From the NCBI GenBank assembly GCA_020430505.1, contig JAGQJT010000001.1, forward strand, positions 7,629 to 71,628: a stretch of 64,000 nucleotides of DNA. Reading direction: 5' to 3'. Within the stretch, counting starts at the first letter, position 1. The number at the start of each line of letters is the position of its first letter. Below, in pieces: positions 45,138 to 54,045 of the stretch. Made by a program: the position numbers and the translations under genes. The notes beneath the pieces were generated by a model. The model worked only from the letters and a program-made list of their open reading frames with translations. It did not search any database and was not told the origin of the DNA. The DNA comes from Nanobdellota archaeon (GTDB lineage: Archaea > Nanobdellota > Nanobdellia > Pacearchaeales > GW2011-AR1).

Positions 45138-45299
45138 ATGTTGACAGCAGAGTATTATCTAAAAGTAGCCAGAATGGAGAATCAATGGGGAGAGCATAAA
45201 AAAGGGAAGATTTACACAATTTATGATATGCCTTATAAAAAAAATCCTCTTATGAGAAAGACTCTAAAGAAAAAAAATCTAACTGAAAAATTAGATTAA
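45138..45299 (+). CDS. possible small basic protein (53 aa)
   Basis: Below the ORF-track cutoff. My translation is MLTAEYYLKVARMENQWGEHKKGKIYTIYDMPYKKNPLMRKTLKKKNLTEKLD. It fills an otherwise empty 258-bp gap. Confidence 0.3.
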   Translation: MLTAEYYLKVARMENQWGEHKKGKIYTIYDMPYKKNPLMRKTLKKKNLTEKLD

Positions 45300-45356
45300 A
45301 AGTTCTATATTCTTTACAAGAACAATAAATATAAACCAATTTTTACAATAAAGAAT

Positions 45357-45683
45357 ATGAAAAACTTTGAGGATAAGATTCATTTTAATGGATCTCTTGA
45401 TCAAGCTTCAAAATTAACCTCCATGTTAAAAGAACTTCCAGATGGAACTTTTGGAGCAATAGAAATTGAAATTGGTTCTGGAAAATATTTAACCATAGAG
45501 AAGATAGAAGAAGATGCTTCTGGAGATATCAAATTAGTGGATATGACCTATCACAAAGATAAAAAAGAAATAAGAAGAATAAGGAGTCCTACTTCAGTTG
45601 TTGAATATAGTGAGTCTAGCATGGGCAGAGAATTATCGTTTGAAAGCAGAGGTACAAAATATCATGTTGTGTTTGAAGAATAG
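45357..45683 (+). CDS. hypothetical protein
   Basis: 108-aa ORF between ftsY and srp54. Confidence 0.5.
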   Translation: MKNFEDKIHFNGSLDQASKLTSMLKELPDGTFGAIEIEIGSGKYLTIEKIEEDASGDIKLVDMTYHKDKKEIRRIRSPTSVVEYSESSMGRELSFESRGTKYHVVFEE

Positions 45684-45736
45684 AATATCTTTAACTAACC
45701 CAAAAACTTAATAACTCAATTTAAACTACTAATTCT

Positions 45737-47107
45737 ATGTTAGAAAAACTAGGAAAGGCATTAAAGAAAGCTCAAGATAAAATAGCCAATGCCATATTCT
45801 TAGATAAAAATTTAGTTGAGGGAATAGTAAGAGAATTACAAAGAGCCTTGATTGAAGCAGATGTTGAGATACTTTTAGTTAAAAAAATTTCAGATAAAAT
45901 AAAGAAAGCTGCTTTTGACGAAAGAATAAAAGAAATAGAAAAAAAAGAACACCTTATAAAGATCTTACACGAAGAATTAACTTCCATTTTAGGGGATAAA
46001 AAAGAATTAGAACTTGAGAAAAAAGGGCAAACAAGAATCATGCTTCTTGGTTTGTATGGGGCAGGAAAAACAACAACAATTTCCAAATTAGGAAATTACT
46101 ATCAAAAAAGAGGTAAAAAAGTTGCACTTGTAGGATTGGATGTGCATAGGCCTGCTGCAAAAGAACAATTGATGCAGCTAGCCAAAACAAACAATCTGAA
46201 AGCATTCGTAGATTTAGAAGAAACCGATGCCCTTAAAACGTATAAAAAATTCAAGAAAGAATTAGATAAATTTGATTTAGTTTTAATTGATACTGCTGGA
46301 AGGCACACTTTAGATAAAGAGCTAGTAAAAGAAATAAAAGATTTAGGAAAAGAAGTAAAGCCCACACAAACGATTTTAGTTATGCCTGCGGATGTTGGGC
46401 AATCTGCAAAAAAACAAGCCTCTGAATTCCAAGACGCTTTGAAAATTTCTGGGGTTATAATTACCCGTATGGACTCAACAGCAAAAGGGGGAGGGGCATT
46501 AACTGCTTGCGCTGAAACAAATGCGCCAGTCTATTTTATTACAACTGGGGAAAAAGTAAATGACATAGAGGAGTTCAATCCAAACAATTTCTTGTCTAGA
46601 CTTTTGGGAATGGGAGATTTGGAAACTCTTATGCAAAAAATCAAATCTGCAACAGATGAAAAAAAGCAAGAGAAAATGCAAAAGAAATTGCAAGAAGGAA
46701 AACTTTCTCTTGAAGATGTTGTTGAACAAGTTAAATCAATGAATTCTCTTGGAGGATTTGGAAAATTAAAGTCCTTAATTCCTGGAATGGCAAATGCAAA
46801 AATTTCAGATGATATGTTGGGAGCTCAAGAAGAAAAAATAAAGAAATGGGAGCACATAATCAAATCTTTAACTCCTGAAGAAAAAGAAAATCCTGAGTTA
46901 TTGCAAAAACAGACTTCAAGAATAAAGAGAGTTGCAAAAGGTGCAGGAGTTAACACAAGTGATGTTAGAAGTTTACTAAAGCAATATGATGTGCTTCAAA
47001 GTTTTGTAAAAGATTCAAGCGACATGGACATGTCTCAAGGCATGAGTCAAAAACAAATGCAGAGATTAATGAAGAAATTCGGAAAGAAAAAGATGCGAAG
47101 GATGTAA
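45737..47107 (+). CDS. srp54: signal recognition particle protein SRP54
   Basis: 456 aa. LLGLYGAGKTTTISKL, DTAGRH, TRMDSTAKGGGAL, Met-rich M domain. Confidence 0.93.
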   Translation: MLEKLGKALKKAQDKIANAIFLDKNLVEGIVRELQRALIEADVEILLVKKISDKIKKAAFDERIKEIEKKEHLIKILHEELTSILGDKKELELEKKGQTRIMLLGLYGAGKTTTISKLGNYYQKRGKKVALVGLDVHRPAAKEQLMQLAKTNNLKAFVDLEETDALKTYKKFKKELDKFDLVLIDTAGRHTLDKELVKEIKDLGKEVKPTQTILVMPADVGQSAKKQASEFQDALKISGVIITRMDSTAKGGGALTACAETNAPVYFITTGEKVNDIEEFNPNNFLSRLLGMGDLETLMQKIKSATDEKKQEKMQKKLQEGKLSLEDVVEQVKSMNSLGGFGKLKSLIPGMANAKISDDMLGAQEEKIKKWEHIIKSLTPEEKENPELLQKQTSRIKRVAKGAGVNTSDVRSLLKQYDVLQSFVKDSSDMDMSQGMSQKQMQRLMKKFGKKKMRRM

Positions 47108-47109
47108 AA

Positions 47110-47778
47110 ATGGTAAGAGATAAAAAGAAATGGGAAGAAACGAAAAAAGAATTTAAGAAAGATTTGGAAAACCCTTTACTTTGGGGTTACTTCTTAATTA
47201 TGATCGTCTTAGCAATATTGTTCTCTGTAAAAAAAGATGAAGATTTCAGATTGATATCCCTGGTGATTTTTATAGTTTTACAAACAGGATATTTAATATT
47301 CTTAAGCAAAAAAGGTGAAAAGCGATTAAATTGGATATATTTAATTTTGTTTGTATTTTATTTGATAATATACTTTTTTGCAATAAACAAGAACATTTCT
47401 GCATTAACAATTTCAGTATTAGCATTTGTATTCTTGGCAGTAGGATGGTTGTGGGGGATATCCTATACAACCCTAAAAGATAAAAGAATTCCTTTGATAG
47501 TTTCATACATCGTTTTTGTAGGAGCTTCAATATTATTTTTCAGTTTAATTTTCTCTGTATTCAATGCCTCCCTTCAGAATAAGATTTTAGACCCAGACGG
47601 GAGACAAATTCAAGGAATGGTAGAATATGTTTGGTTTAGCGCTGGGAATTTTTATATGAATAATTTTGGTGAAAAACCTTATGGAATGTCCAAATCATTT
47701 AGTTATTTTGAAATGGCGTTTAGTTTAATAATTCATACAATAATCATCTCTAGAGAAATAGAGAGAAGAAAAAGATGA
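47110..47778 (+). CDS. integral membrane protein, unknown function
   Basis: 222 aa, about 6 TM. Starts 2 nt after the srp54 stop. Confidence 0.55.
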   Translation: MVRDKKKWEETKKEFKKDLENPLLWGYFLIMIVLAILFSVKKDEDFRLISLVIFIVLQTGYLIFLSKKGEKRLNWIYLILFVFYLIIYFFAINKNISALTISVLAFVFLAVGWLWGISYTTLKDKRIPLIVSYIVFVGASILFFSLIFSVFNASLQNKILDPDGRQIQGMVEYVWFSAGNFYMNNFGEKPYGMSKSFSYFEMAFSLIIHTIIISREIERRKR

Positions 47779-47838
47779 GAAGGATGAGATAACTAATTTC
47801 ACCTTAACATTTTTATATTAAATTCTCCACATTAAGAA

Positions 47839-48255
47839 ATGAAAAACAAGACAAAATACACAATAATCTTAATTTTAATGTTAGTTGCAACAGCAATGTC
47901 TCTTGTTTTATCCTTCATGCCTCTTGAACAAGCTTGCGGAGAAAATGGAAGCTGCACAATAGTTCAAACTTCAAAATATGAAACAACATTCGGAATAAAG
48001 ACCGCCCATATTGGACTAATTGCATTCCCAATTTTAGCATTAATAGCAATCTTTGAATTGAAAAAGAAAAGAAAATATCAAAGAAAATTACTCAATTTGG
48101 GCATAGTTGTCGGAAGTGCATTCGCTCTTTATTTTCTTTATCTTCAATTTTTTATACTTAAAGCAATTTGCAAATACTGTTTGGTTGCAGACATTGCAAC
48201 ACTTATAAGCTTGGGAATAATTCTTTTCTGGGAAGAAAAAAACATAATAAAATGA
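47839..48255 (+). CDS. vitamin K epoxide reductase (VKOR) family protein
   Basis: 138 aa, 4 TM. Loop Cys pair CGENGSC. Active-site CKYC at the start of the last helix. Confidence 0.7.
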   Translation: MKNKTKYTIILILMLVATAMSLVLSFMPLEQACGENGSCTIVQTSKYETTFGIKTAHIGLIAFPILALIAIFELKKKRKYQRKLLNLGIVVGSAFALYFLYLQFFILKAICKYCLVADIATLISLGIILFWEEKNIIK

Positions 48256-48866
48256 AAACAATCTCACAAGGAGCAGAAGCAATAATCTATCTAAATAAAG
48301 AAAAGATTATCAAAGACAGAATCTCAAAAAAATACAGGCATCCAGAAATTGATAAAAAAATAATCAAAAGAAGAACAAAAGCCGAAACAAAAATTCTTGA
48401 TAAAGTTTCAGAAATAATTTCTGCCCCAAAACCAGAAAAATCAAAAGAAGATAACAAAATAGTTATGCCTTATATTAATGGAAAAAGACTTTCTCAAAGC
48501 TTAGATTCCTTTCCCTTAGAAAAACAAAAGGAAATAATGAAGTTAATCGGAATTTCGGTTTCAAAACTTCATAAAGAAGGAATAATTCACGGAGATTTAA
48601 CAACTTCCAATATGATCTTGATTGAAAAACCAAAATTAGAAGTTTATTTTATTGATTTCGGCTTAGGATATCAAAATGGAAAATATGAAGACAAAGGAGT
48701 AGACATCCATTTACTAAAACAAGCTCTAGAAGCGAAACATTTCAAAAATTGGAAAACCTTATTTAAGGAATTTGAAAAAGCGTACAAAAAACTAGAACCA
48801 ACAGAATCAAAAAAAGTCTTTGAAAGATTAAAGTCTATTGAAAAAAGAGGAAGGTATAGGCATTAA
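48252..48866 (+). CDS. bud32: Bud32/PRPK-type small kinase (KEOPS component)
   Basis: Trimmed to MKTISQGAEAIIYLNKE (ATGA overlap with VKOR). IIHGDLTTSNMIL, YFIDFGLG, C-terminal SIEKRGRY. Confidence 0.8.
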   Translation: MKTISQGAEAIIYLNKEKIIKDRISKKYRHPEIDKKIIKRRTKAETKILDKVSEIISAPKPEKSKEDNKIVMPYINGKRLSQSLDSFPLEKQKEIMKLIGISVSKLHKEGIIHGDLTTSNMILIEKPKLEVYFIDFGLGYQNGKYEDKGVDIHLLKQALEAKHFKNWKTLFKEFEKAYKKLEPTESKKVFERLKSIEKRGRYRH

Positions 48867-49798
48867 ATCATTTTTTTGTAAAAGTCTATTATTATAATTT
48901 CTTCCTGAATATTAATTATATTTTTCAGAATGGCTTCCAAAGATTTTGAAATAGAGACTTCTTTCATTGAAGAAAATTTCTTCTCGAATTCTTCTTTTTT
49001 AGAAAACAAAGAATAATTTTTATCTTTAGGATTTCTTAAATGAGAAATTGAATAATTCAAATGTTTATTTAACTCTAAAAGGGAATTTCTTATTTCTTTA
49101 ACAAATTGTTTATTTTTTCTCACAATATTTCCCAAATTTTTTACATCATCCGAAACATTCTCAAGTCTTTTCAAAATCAAAAAAAAGTAAGGGATAAGTT
49201 TTATGTTTTTAACACCAGAAGAATTCAAAATGTTACCATTTGTCAAAGCATTTTCTATAATTCTTGTAGCAAGATTGTACAATCTATCCACTTCATCTTC
49301 ATTAAACTTTATTTCTCTCCAGTCAAGATTGGAACAAATACTTTCAAGAGAAGAACTTATCAAAAGATTCATTCGATAAATAATATGAAAAACATCTAAA
49401 TTTAATTCGCCTAACATTATCTTTATTCTTACTTTTTTATCATCCTCATATATTATCTCTGTGCCAGATAAATCATAAATAACTTCTCTAATTATCTTCT
49501 TAGAAGATTGAGGGATTTTAGATTTTGAAAATAAAACTAATTCGTCGTATCCTTCATAATAAATTGAGTACATTATTTGCCTTATCTTCTCAGAGAAACC
49601 ATCTATGCAAATTTCAATAAAAGATTTATCAACTTCTTTTATGTGTGCAGGAGAAAGAACGAGAGACATATCTTCTTGTTGAACCAAATTGATTTCTTGC
49701 TTCTGAGAAAGGTTCAGAGTTTTAACCCATTCTTTGGGCAAGGAAACAGAATAAGTTGAACCTGCAACAAATTGTAACTTTCTTTTGTATCTTTTCAT
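48863..49798 (-). CDS. AbrB/SpoVT-domain plus PhoU-like regulator
   Basis: 311 aa. N-terminal QFVAGSTYSVSLPKEWVKTLNL (swapped-hairpin AbrB type), followed by helical PhoU-like repeats. Confidence 0.55.
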   Translation of the reverse strand: MKRYKRKLQFVAGSTYSVSLPKEWVKTLNLSQKQEINLVQQEDMSLVLSPAHIKEVDKSFIEICIDGFSEKIRQIMYSIYYEGYDELVLFSKSKIPQSSKKIIREVIYDLSGTEIIYEDDKKVRIKIMLGELNLDVFHIIYRMNLLISSSLESICSNLDWREIKFNEDEVDRLYNLATRIIENALTNGNILNSSGVKNIKLIPYFFLILKRLENVSDDVKNLGNIVRKNKQFVKEIRNSLLELNKHLNYSISHLRNPKDKNYSLFSKKEEFEKKFSSMKEVSISKSLEAILKNIINIQEEIIIIDFYKKMI

Positions 49799-49889
49799 AA
49801 TAATTAATAAAATTCTAACTATATAAATAATAACACAACTATATAGTTACATAGAAAAACAATATAATCCTTAAAAGACTAAATTTAAT

Positions 49890-50249
49890 ATGAAAAAAAC
49901 ATTATTAGCAACGTTAATTTCACTCCCTTTAATATTTTCATCATGTGATACAAGCAAAAACGCTACAGGAACACTTGAAGTTAAAACAGGAGAGTTTGAT
50001 ATTCCTATATATGCAAAAGTTTCTTTCATTAGGGAGAACTCAAAAGACACAATCTCTTACAATACAGCCTTGGCAGGAAGAGTTAATTATGAAGTTCCAA
50101 CAAACAGCCCTACAAGATATAAAATTCTGGTAGAACCCGGAGAGATTGCAGGGAGTGCTGGAAACAAAGGAGATAAATTTGAACCTTTTTCTGATAGCGT
50201 AACTGTTTATCCTGGCCAAAACAAAGATCTTAAAGTAATGCCTAATTAA
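49890..50249 (+). CDS. small lipoprotein-like exported protein
   Basis: 119 aa. MKKTLLATLISLPLIFSSC lipobox-like signal. Confidence 0.55.
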   Translation: MKKTLLATLISLPLIFSSCDTSKNATGTLEVKTGEFDIPIYAKVSFIRENSKDTISYNTALAGRVNYEVPTNSPTRYKILVEPGEIAGSAGNKGDKFEPFSDSVTVYPGQNKDLKVMPN

Positions 50250-50293
50250 TGTTACAAAATATATTTTCTGATATATATTTTACAGAATATAGT

Positions 50294-50482
50294 TTAATCT
50301 TTTACAAGATTCTTATGGAAAGGCAATGAAACATCATCTTCCAAACTAAGTCTATTTTTTATTCTCTTTTCTCTAACAATTTTATCAATTGCAATAAAAA
50401 GTTCTTTCTGTTTCTTAGAGTAACTTTTAGGAAAAGAATAGTCTTTTGAGCCCAATAACTCTGTTTTATAGTCTTCTGTCAT
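50294..50482 (-). CDS. small hypothetical protein directly downstream of tRNA-Gln
   Basis: 62-aa ORF. The ATG lies 11 nt after the tRNA 3' end. Confidence 0.4.
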   Translation of the reverse strand: MTEDYKTELLGSKDYSFPKSYSKKQKELFIAIDKIVREKRIKNRLSLEDDVSLPFHKNLVKD

Positions 50483-50493
50483 TTTATTTAAAG

Positions 50494-50566
50494 TAGCCCT
50501 GCCAGGATTCGAACCTGGGTCCCTGCCTCCAAAGGGCAGTATACTTGACCACTGTACTACAGGGCT
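50494..50566 (-). tRNA. tRNA-Gln (anticodon UUG)
   Basis: Acceptor AGCCCTG/CAGGGCT, anticodon stem CTGCC/GGCAG, loop CTTTGGA, T arm CCAGG-TTCGAAT-CCTGG. Confidence 0.88.
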
Positions 50567-50588
50567 TTACAAGTAAAATTCCATTTTC

Positions 50589-50597
50589 ATTTATAAT
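50589..50597 (-). promoter_or_regulatory. TATA-like box (ATTATAAAT on minus strand) 23 nt upstream of tRNA-Gln
   Basis: Position and sequence. Confidence 0.4.
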
Positions 50598-50720
50598 GTT
50601 TTCCATTTCAATATTAACCCTTCAATAACAAACTGTCCCTTTAACTCAAGAATGCTCCTAACTCTTAACCCCCTCCAAATGCTCGAGAATTAATATAAAG
50701 AATTTTCACAAAATGAATTT

Positions 50721-50966
50721 ATGGAAAAAGCATATCTTGAATGCAGCATCCAAGAGGGGAACCGAACTGACACATACGAGGTGTTAATACCTCTATCAAA
50801 TGGATCTAGATTATCTGGGCCCATAAAAAAGAGGCACTTTAACGAGAGGGGGGAGTTAGAAGTAAAAATTGCTGGGATCAGTGATTACAATGCCACTGTA
50901 ATTCTCCCACAAAGAATAAACCATTCTGATTTCATAACTGTTGATTTCAGAAAGATAGCTAATTAA
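50721..50966 (+). CDS. hypothetical protein
   Basis: 81-aa ORF. Confidence 0.4.
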   Translation: MEKAYLECSIQEGNRTDTYEVLIPLSNGSRLSGPIKKRHFNERGELEVKIAGISDYNATVILPQRINHSDFITVDFRKIAN

Positions 50967-51757
50967 CGAAAAACACTTTCGTAATATATTTCCCTATTTA
51001 CGTCCTGCTTTTTTGGGGTTACTTTTCTAAAGAACCCCATAAAATTTTTATCCTCATATTTTTCGCCCACTAAAACTCCTGCCAATTTTCTATATTCTAC
51101 AACAGATCTAGATTTAGGAGAGTATTTTGGCCAAGGCTCAAATTTTGAAACAGCCTTTAAGATGTTTACATCATGAGGAATCACTGCAAGAATTGGAACT
51201 TCCAAAGTATTTTCTATGTCTTTCATTCCAATTTCAAAATCTTTATTATAAACTTTGTTTAAAACAACACCTATAACGGGAGTCCCTCTTTGTTTTGCCC
51301 GATTAACTGCTTTTATAGTCGTCCCAAGAGTGGGATAATCTGGAGTTGTGACCACAAGAAGTTCATCTGAAGCTAAGATCACAGAAAGAGTTTCATCATC
51401 TAGAGAAGGAGAGGAATCCAATAAAATAACATCATAGGATCTTTTTAAGGGTTTCAAATAATCTTTGAGTTTAAGAGGATTTATCCTAGGTTCCTTAAAA
51501 TGAGTAGCTGGGATTACATCAAAACCTTCCATTTTATGAATAGAATCTCTAAGATTTGCAGATCTCTCTAGAACATTATGAATTGTTTTTTCCGGATCAA
51601 GAATATTCAAATGAAAACCTAGATTGGGAGCAGAAAAATTACAATCAACCAGCAAAACTTTCTTTCCAACATCCGCAAGACTCTGACCAAGAGAAATCAC
51701 ACTAGAAGTTTTTCCAACACCTCCCTTCAAACTAAGCACACCTACAATTTTACCCAT
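50963..51757 (-). CDS. MinD/ParA-family P-loop ATPase (archaeal MinD-like)
   Basis: The ORF track start is TTG, so I use ATG 51757. Deviant Walker A SLKGGVGKTS, VLLVDCN, ILLDSSP. Confidence 0.8.
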   Translation of the reverse strand: MGKIVGVLSLKGGVGKTSSVISLGQSLADVGKKVLLVDCNFSAPNLGFHLNILDPEKTIHNVLERSANLRDSIHKMEGFDVIPATHFKEPRINPLKLKDYLKPLKRSYDVILLDSSPSLDDETLSVILASDELLVVTTPDYPTLGTTIKAVNRAKQRGTPVIGVVLNKVYNKDFEIGMKDIENTLEVPILAVIPHDVNILKAVSKFEPWPKYSPKSRSVVEYRKLAGVLVGEKYEDKNFMGFFRKVTPKKQDVNREIYYESVFR

Positions 51758-51804
51758 AGGAAATAAAACAAAAATCAATTTAAATAAGTTACCAATTAAA
51801 AGAT

Positions 51805-52053
51805 TTATTTCTTATAATCCAAAATTCTTATTTCATTAATATCTGAAATATGTCTAGAAAAAAATGAATCATGAGTTCTCCTATCCTTTAAAGATGACCT
51901 TAATTTAAGATACCCTAGATCCGAAACTTCGTGAAAATATCCCATAATAGAATCTTCATTTCTGCCTCGAGTGTATTTCAATCTAATAGAAATCTCTAAT
52001 TTATCTCCTTCCTTTAAATCCATTCTCCAAACATCTTCAATCGATAATGCCAT
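51805..52053 (-). CDS. small hypothetical protein (82 aa) between an unknown gene and minD-like
   Basis: The ORF track start is TTG. ATG 52053 lies 1 nt after the upstream stop. Looks beta-rich. Confidence 0.45.
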   Translation of the reverse strand: MALSIEDVWRMDLKEGDKLEISIRLKYTRGRNEDSIMGYFHEVSDLGYLKLRSSLKDRRTHDSFFSRHISDINEIRILDYKK

Positions 52054-52054
52054 T

Positions 52055-52777
52055 TTACAAATAACCTCCATTATCATCAAGTGCAAAATTCTTTTTCCAC
52101 CACCTTGTTAATTTCTCCCCTCTAGTCATTTCATGATGATCTGTCCAAGATAGTTTTGCATCTTTTTCATAGGAATAGGATTCATGAGAAGAATCAAACC
52201 CCGAAGAAGGAATACCAGAAAAAGGAGGGGTTAATCCTGTACCCTTCCCTACACGCATATGCACTTCTTTAATTTTTTCTGCCATGTATTTGTAAAAATG
52301 ATCTCTAAGGATATAAAATAATTTATCTTTATGCAATAAGGAAGAATTTGATAATAAACCGTGAATTGCAAATTTATTAAGGCTCCTAATAAAAGGATCG
52401 TAAACATAATCTTCGTCTTTAAAAACATGTTCATACATCTCACCTTCCCTAAGGTAAAAACGTTTTATCCCTTCATGGTTAAGTCTAAAATACTGGTGAG
52501 AAAGAAGTTGTGAAAATGACAAACGTTTAGCATCTCTCAAATCAGAGATACCCTTATCATTTTGTATTTTATTTTTATAACTTTCAACAAGATTAGCAAA
52601 ACTTTTAAGTTCATTTTTATGATCATAAGAAACAAAAAAATCATAAACCTTTGGAAAAACTTTTTCTGCAGTTTTTAATTCCAATGAACTAAGATAGTTC
52701 TCTATTCCTTTAAAAGGACTCTTTTTCAAACTAGAAATAGGCGCATCTTCTATCTCATCTAAAGGAGCAAGTGTCAT
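52055..52777 (-). CDS. hypothetical protein (240 aa), first gene of the minD-like operon
   Basis: Long clean ORF. No family recognised. Confidence 0.55.
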   Translation of the reverse strand: MTLAPLDEIEDAPISSLKKSPFKGIENYLSSLELKTAEKVFPKVYDFFVSYDHKNELKSFANLVESYKNKIQNDKGISDLRDAKRLSFSQLLSHQYFRLNHEGIKRFYLREGEMYEHVFKDEDYVYDPFIRSLNKFAIHGLLSNSSLLHKDKLFYILRDHFYKYMAEKIKEVHMRVGKGTGLTPPFSGIPSSGFDSSHESYSYEKDAKLSWTDHHEMTRGEKLTRWWKKNFALDDNGGYL

Positions 52778-52808
52778 TTTATTTTCTTATTTTTCATCTT
52801 AATTACTA

Positions 52809-52834
52809 TTTTATAATTACATTTAATTATAAAA
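52809..52834. promoter_or_regulatory. perfect 10-bp inverted repeat TTTTATAATT-N6-AATTATAAAA in a divergent promoter region
   Basis: Read directly. Provides a TATA-like box for each strand (240-aa gene and trmB-like gene). Confidence 0.35.
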
Positions 52835-52874
52835 CTATGTTATAAATTTTTTACAACAGCATAAAATTTAAAAA

Positions 52875-53618
52875 ATGAAAAATCTTAATAAAAACATGGA
52901 TATCCAAAAACTCCAAGAATTAGGATTAACAAACAATGAAGCAAAAATATATTATGCCCTTTTAGAATTAGGGGAAACAAAAATAGGTCCATTAGTAAAA
53001 AGAACAGGGATAAACAGGGTATTAATATATGATACAATAGAATCTTTGATTAAAAAAGGCTTAGCTTCCTCTGTAACAAAGGAAAATATAAAATACTTCC
53101 AAGCAGGAAATCCTTCAGTAATTCTAACATTTATAAAAGAAAAAGAAAAAATCGCAAAAAAAATTCTTCCAGAATTAGAAAAAATAAGACAGTCTGAAGA
53201 AGGAAAACAAAAAGTAACTGTTTACGAAGGGATAAAAGGGTTAAAATCTGCAATGGCAAATATGATTAAAGAAATAAAAATAAAAGGAGAACACAGGGTT
53301 TTTGCATCTGGGAATATGGCCCCCACAATAGGAGATTACTATCACTTATACCAAAAAGAAAAGGAAAAAAAGAAAATAAAAACCTTAGTAATTTATGATG
53401 AAAGTTTCAAAAAGAACAAAGAAATACTAAAAGCAACTTACGGAAACATAAGATTTCACAAAATGGGGCCTTTTCCGACAGATACCTGGATTTACAACGA
53501 TAAGGCTTTAATAGTGACATATACAGCAAATCCTCCGGTAGCTATCCTCATTCAAAGCAAAGAAACCTCTGATTCTTACAAAAGAGTATTTGATTCCCTA
53601 TGGAAAAAGACAGAGTAA
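52875..53618 (+). CDS. TrmB-family transcriptional regulator
   Basis: 247 aa. LGLTNNEAKIYYALLELGETKIGPLVKRTGINRVLIYDTIESLIKKGL. Confidence 0.8.
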   Translation: MKNLNKNMDIQKLQELGLTNNEAKIYYALLELGETKIGPLVKRTGINRVLIYDTIESLIKKGLASSVTKENIKYFQAGNPSVILTFIKEKEKIAKKILPELEKIRQSEEGKQKVTVYEGIKGLKSAMANMIKEIKIKGEHRVFASGNMAPTIGDYYHLYQKEKEKKKIKTLVIYDESFKKNKEILKATYGNIRFHKMGPFPTDTWIYNDKALIVTYTANPPVAILIQSKETSDSYKRVFDSLWKKTE

Positions 53619-53688
53619 TATTTGTCGCTACTCTCCATAAACAAAACCCCACCAGAAGCTTTAAAAAACATCAATTCAAAATAATAAG

Positions 53689-54030
53689 ATGGCAACAAAG
53701 AAAAAAGCTGAAACAAAAAAATTAACAGAAAAAGAATATGAAAAAAAAGTTCTAGAGTTAGCAGACAGCGGATTAACCAGTGAGAAAATTGGAGAAGCCT
53801 TAAGAAGAGAAGGAATCCATCCAAAAGAACACAATAAAAAGATTTCAAAAATTTTAAAAGAAAATGACAAATATGAAAGTCCTGATTTAAAGAATGTTCA
53901 AAACAAATTAGAAAGAATTCAAACTCATTACCAAAAAAATAAGCAAGACAAAAGAGCAAAAAGAGAAAAGGATAGAATTTTCTCACACGTGAGAAAACTT
54001 AAGAAATATTTGGGAATGCCTTTAAAATAA
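53689..54030 (+). CDS. rps15: 30S ribosomal protein S15 (uS15)
   Basis: 113 aa. LADSGLTSEKIGEALRREGI...PDLKNVQNKLERIQTHYQKNKQDKRAKR...KLKKY. Shorter than typical archaeal S15. Confidence 0.75.
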   Translation: MATKKKAETKKLTEKEYEKKVLELADSGLTSEKIGEALRREGIHPKEHNKKISKILKENDKYESPDLKNVQNKLERIQTHYQKNKQDKRAKREKDRIFSHVRKLKKYLGMPLK

Positions 54031-54045
54031 TTATCTCATTTTAAA

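Noticed and set aside
47110-47778. Ion-channel pore in the membrane protein after srp54 (YVWFSAGNFYMNNFGEKPYG)
   Set aside because: It only loosely resembles a pore-helix or filter and has no GYG-type filter. There is not enough evidence to call it a channel.
53576-53986. 136-aa minus-strand ORF
   Set aside because: It is antisense to rps15 and has F/L-rich low-complexity composition.
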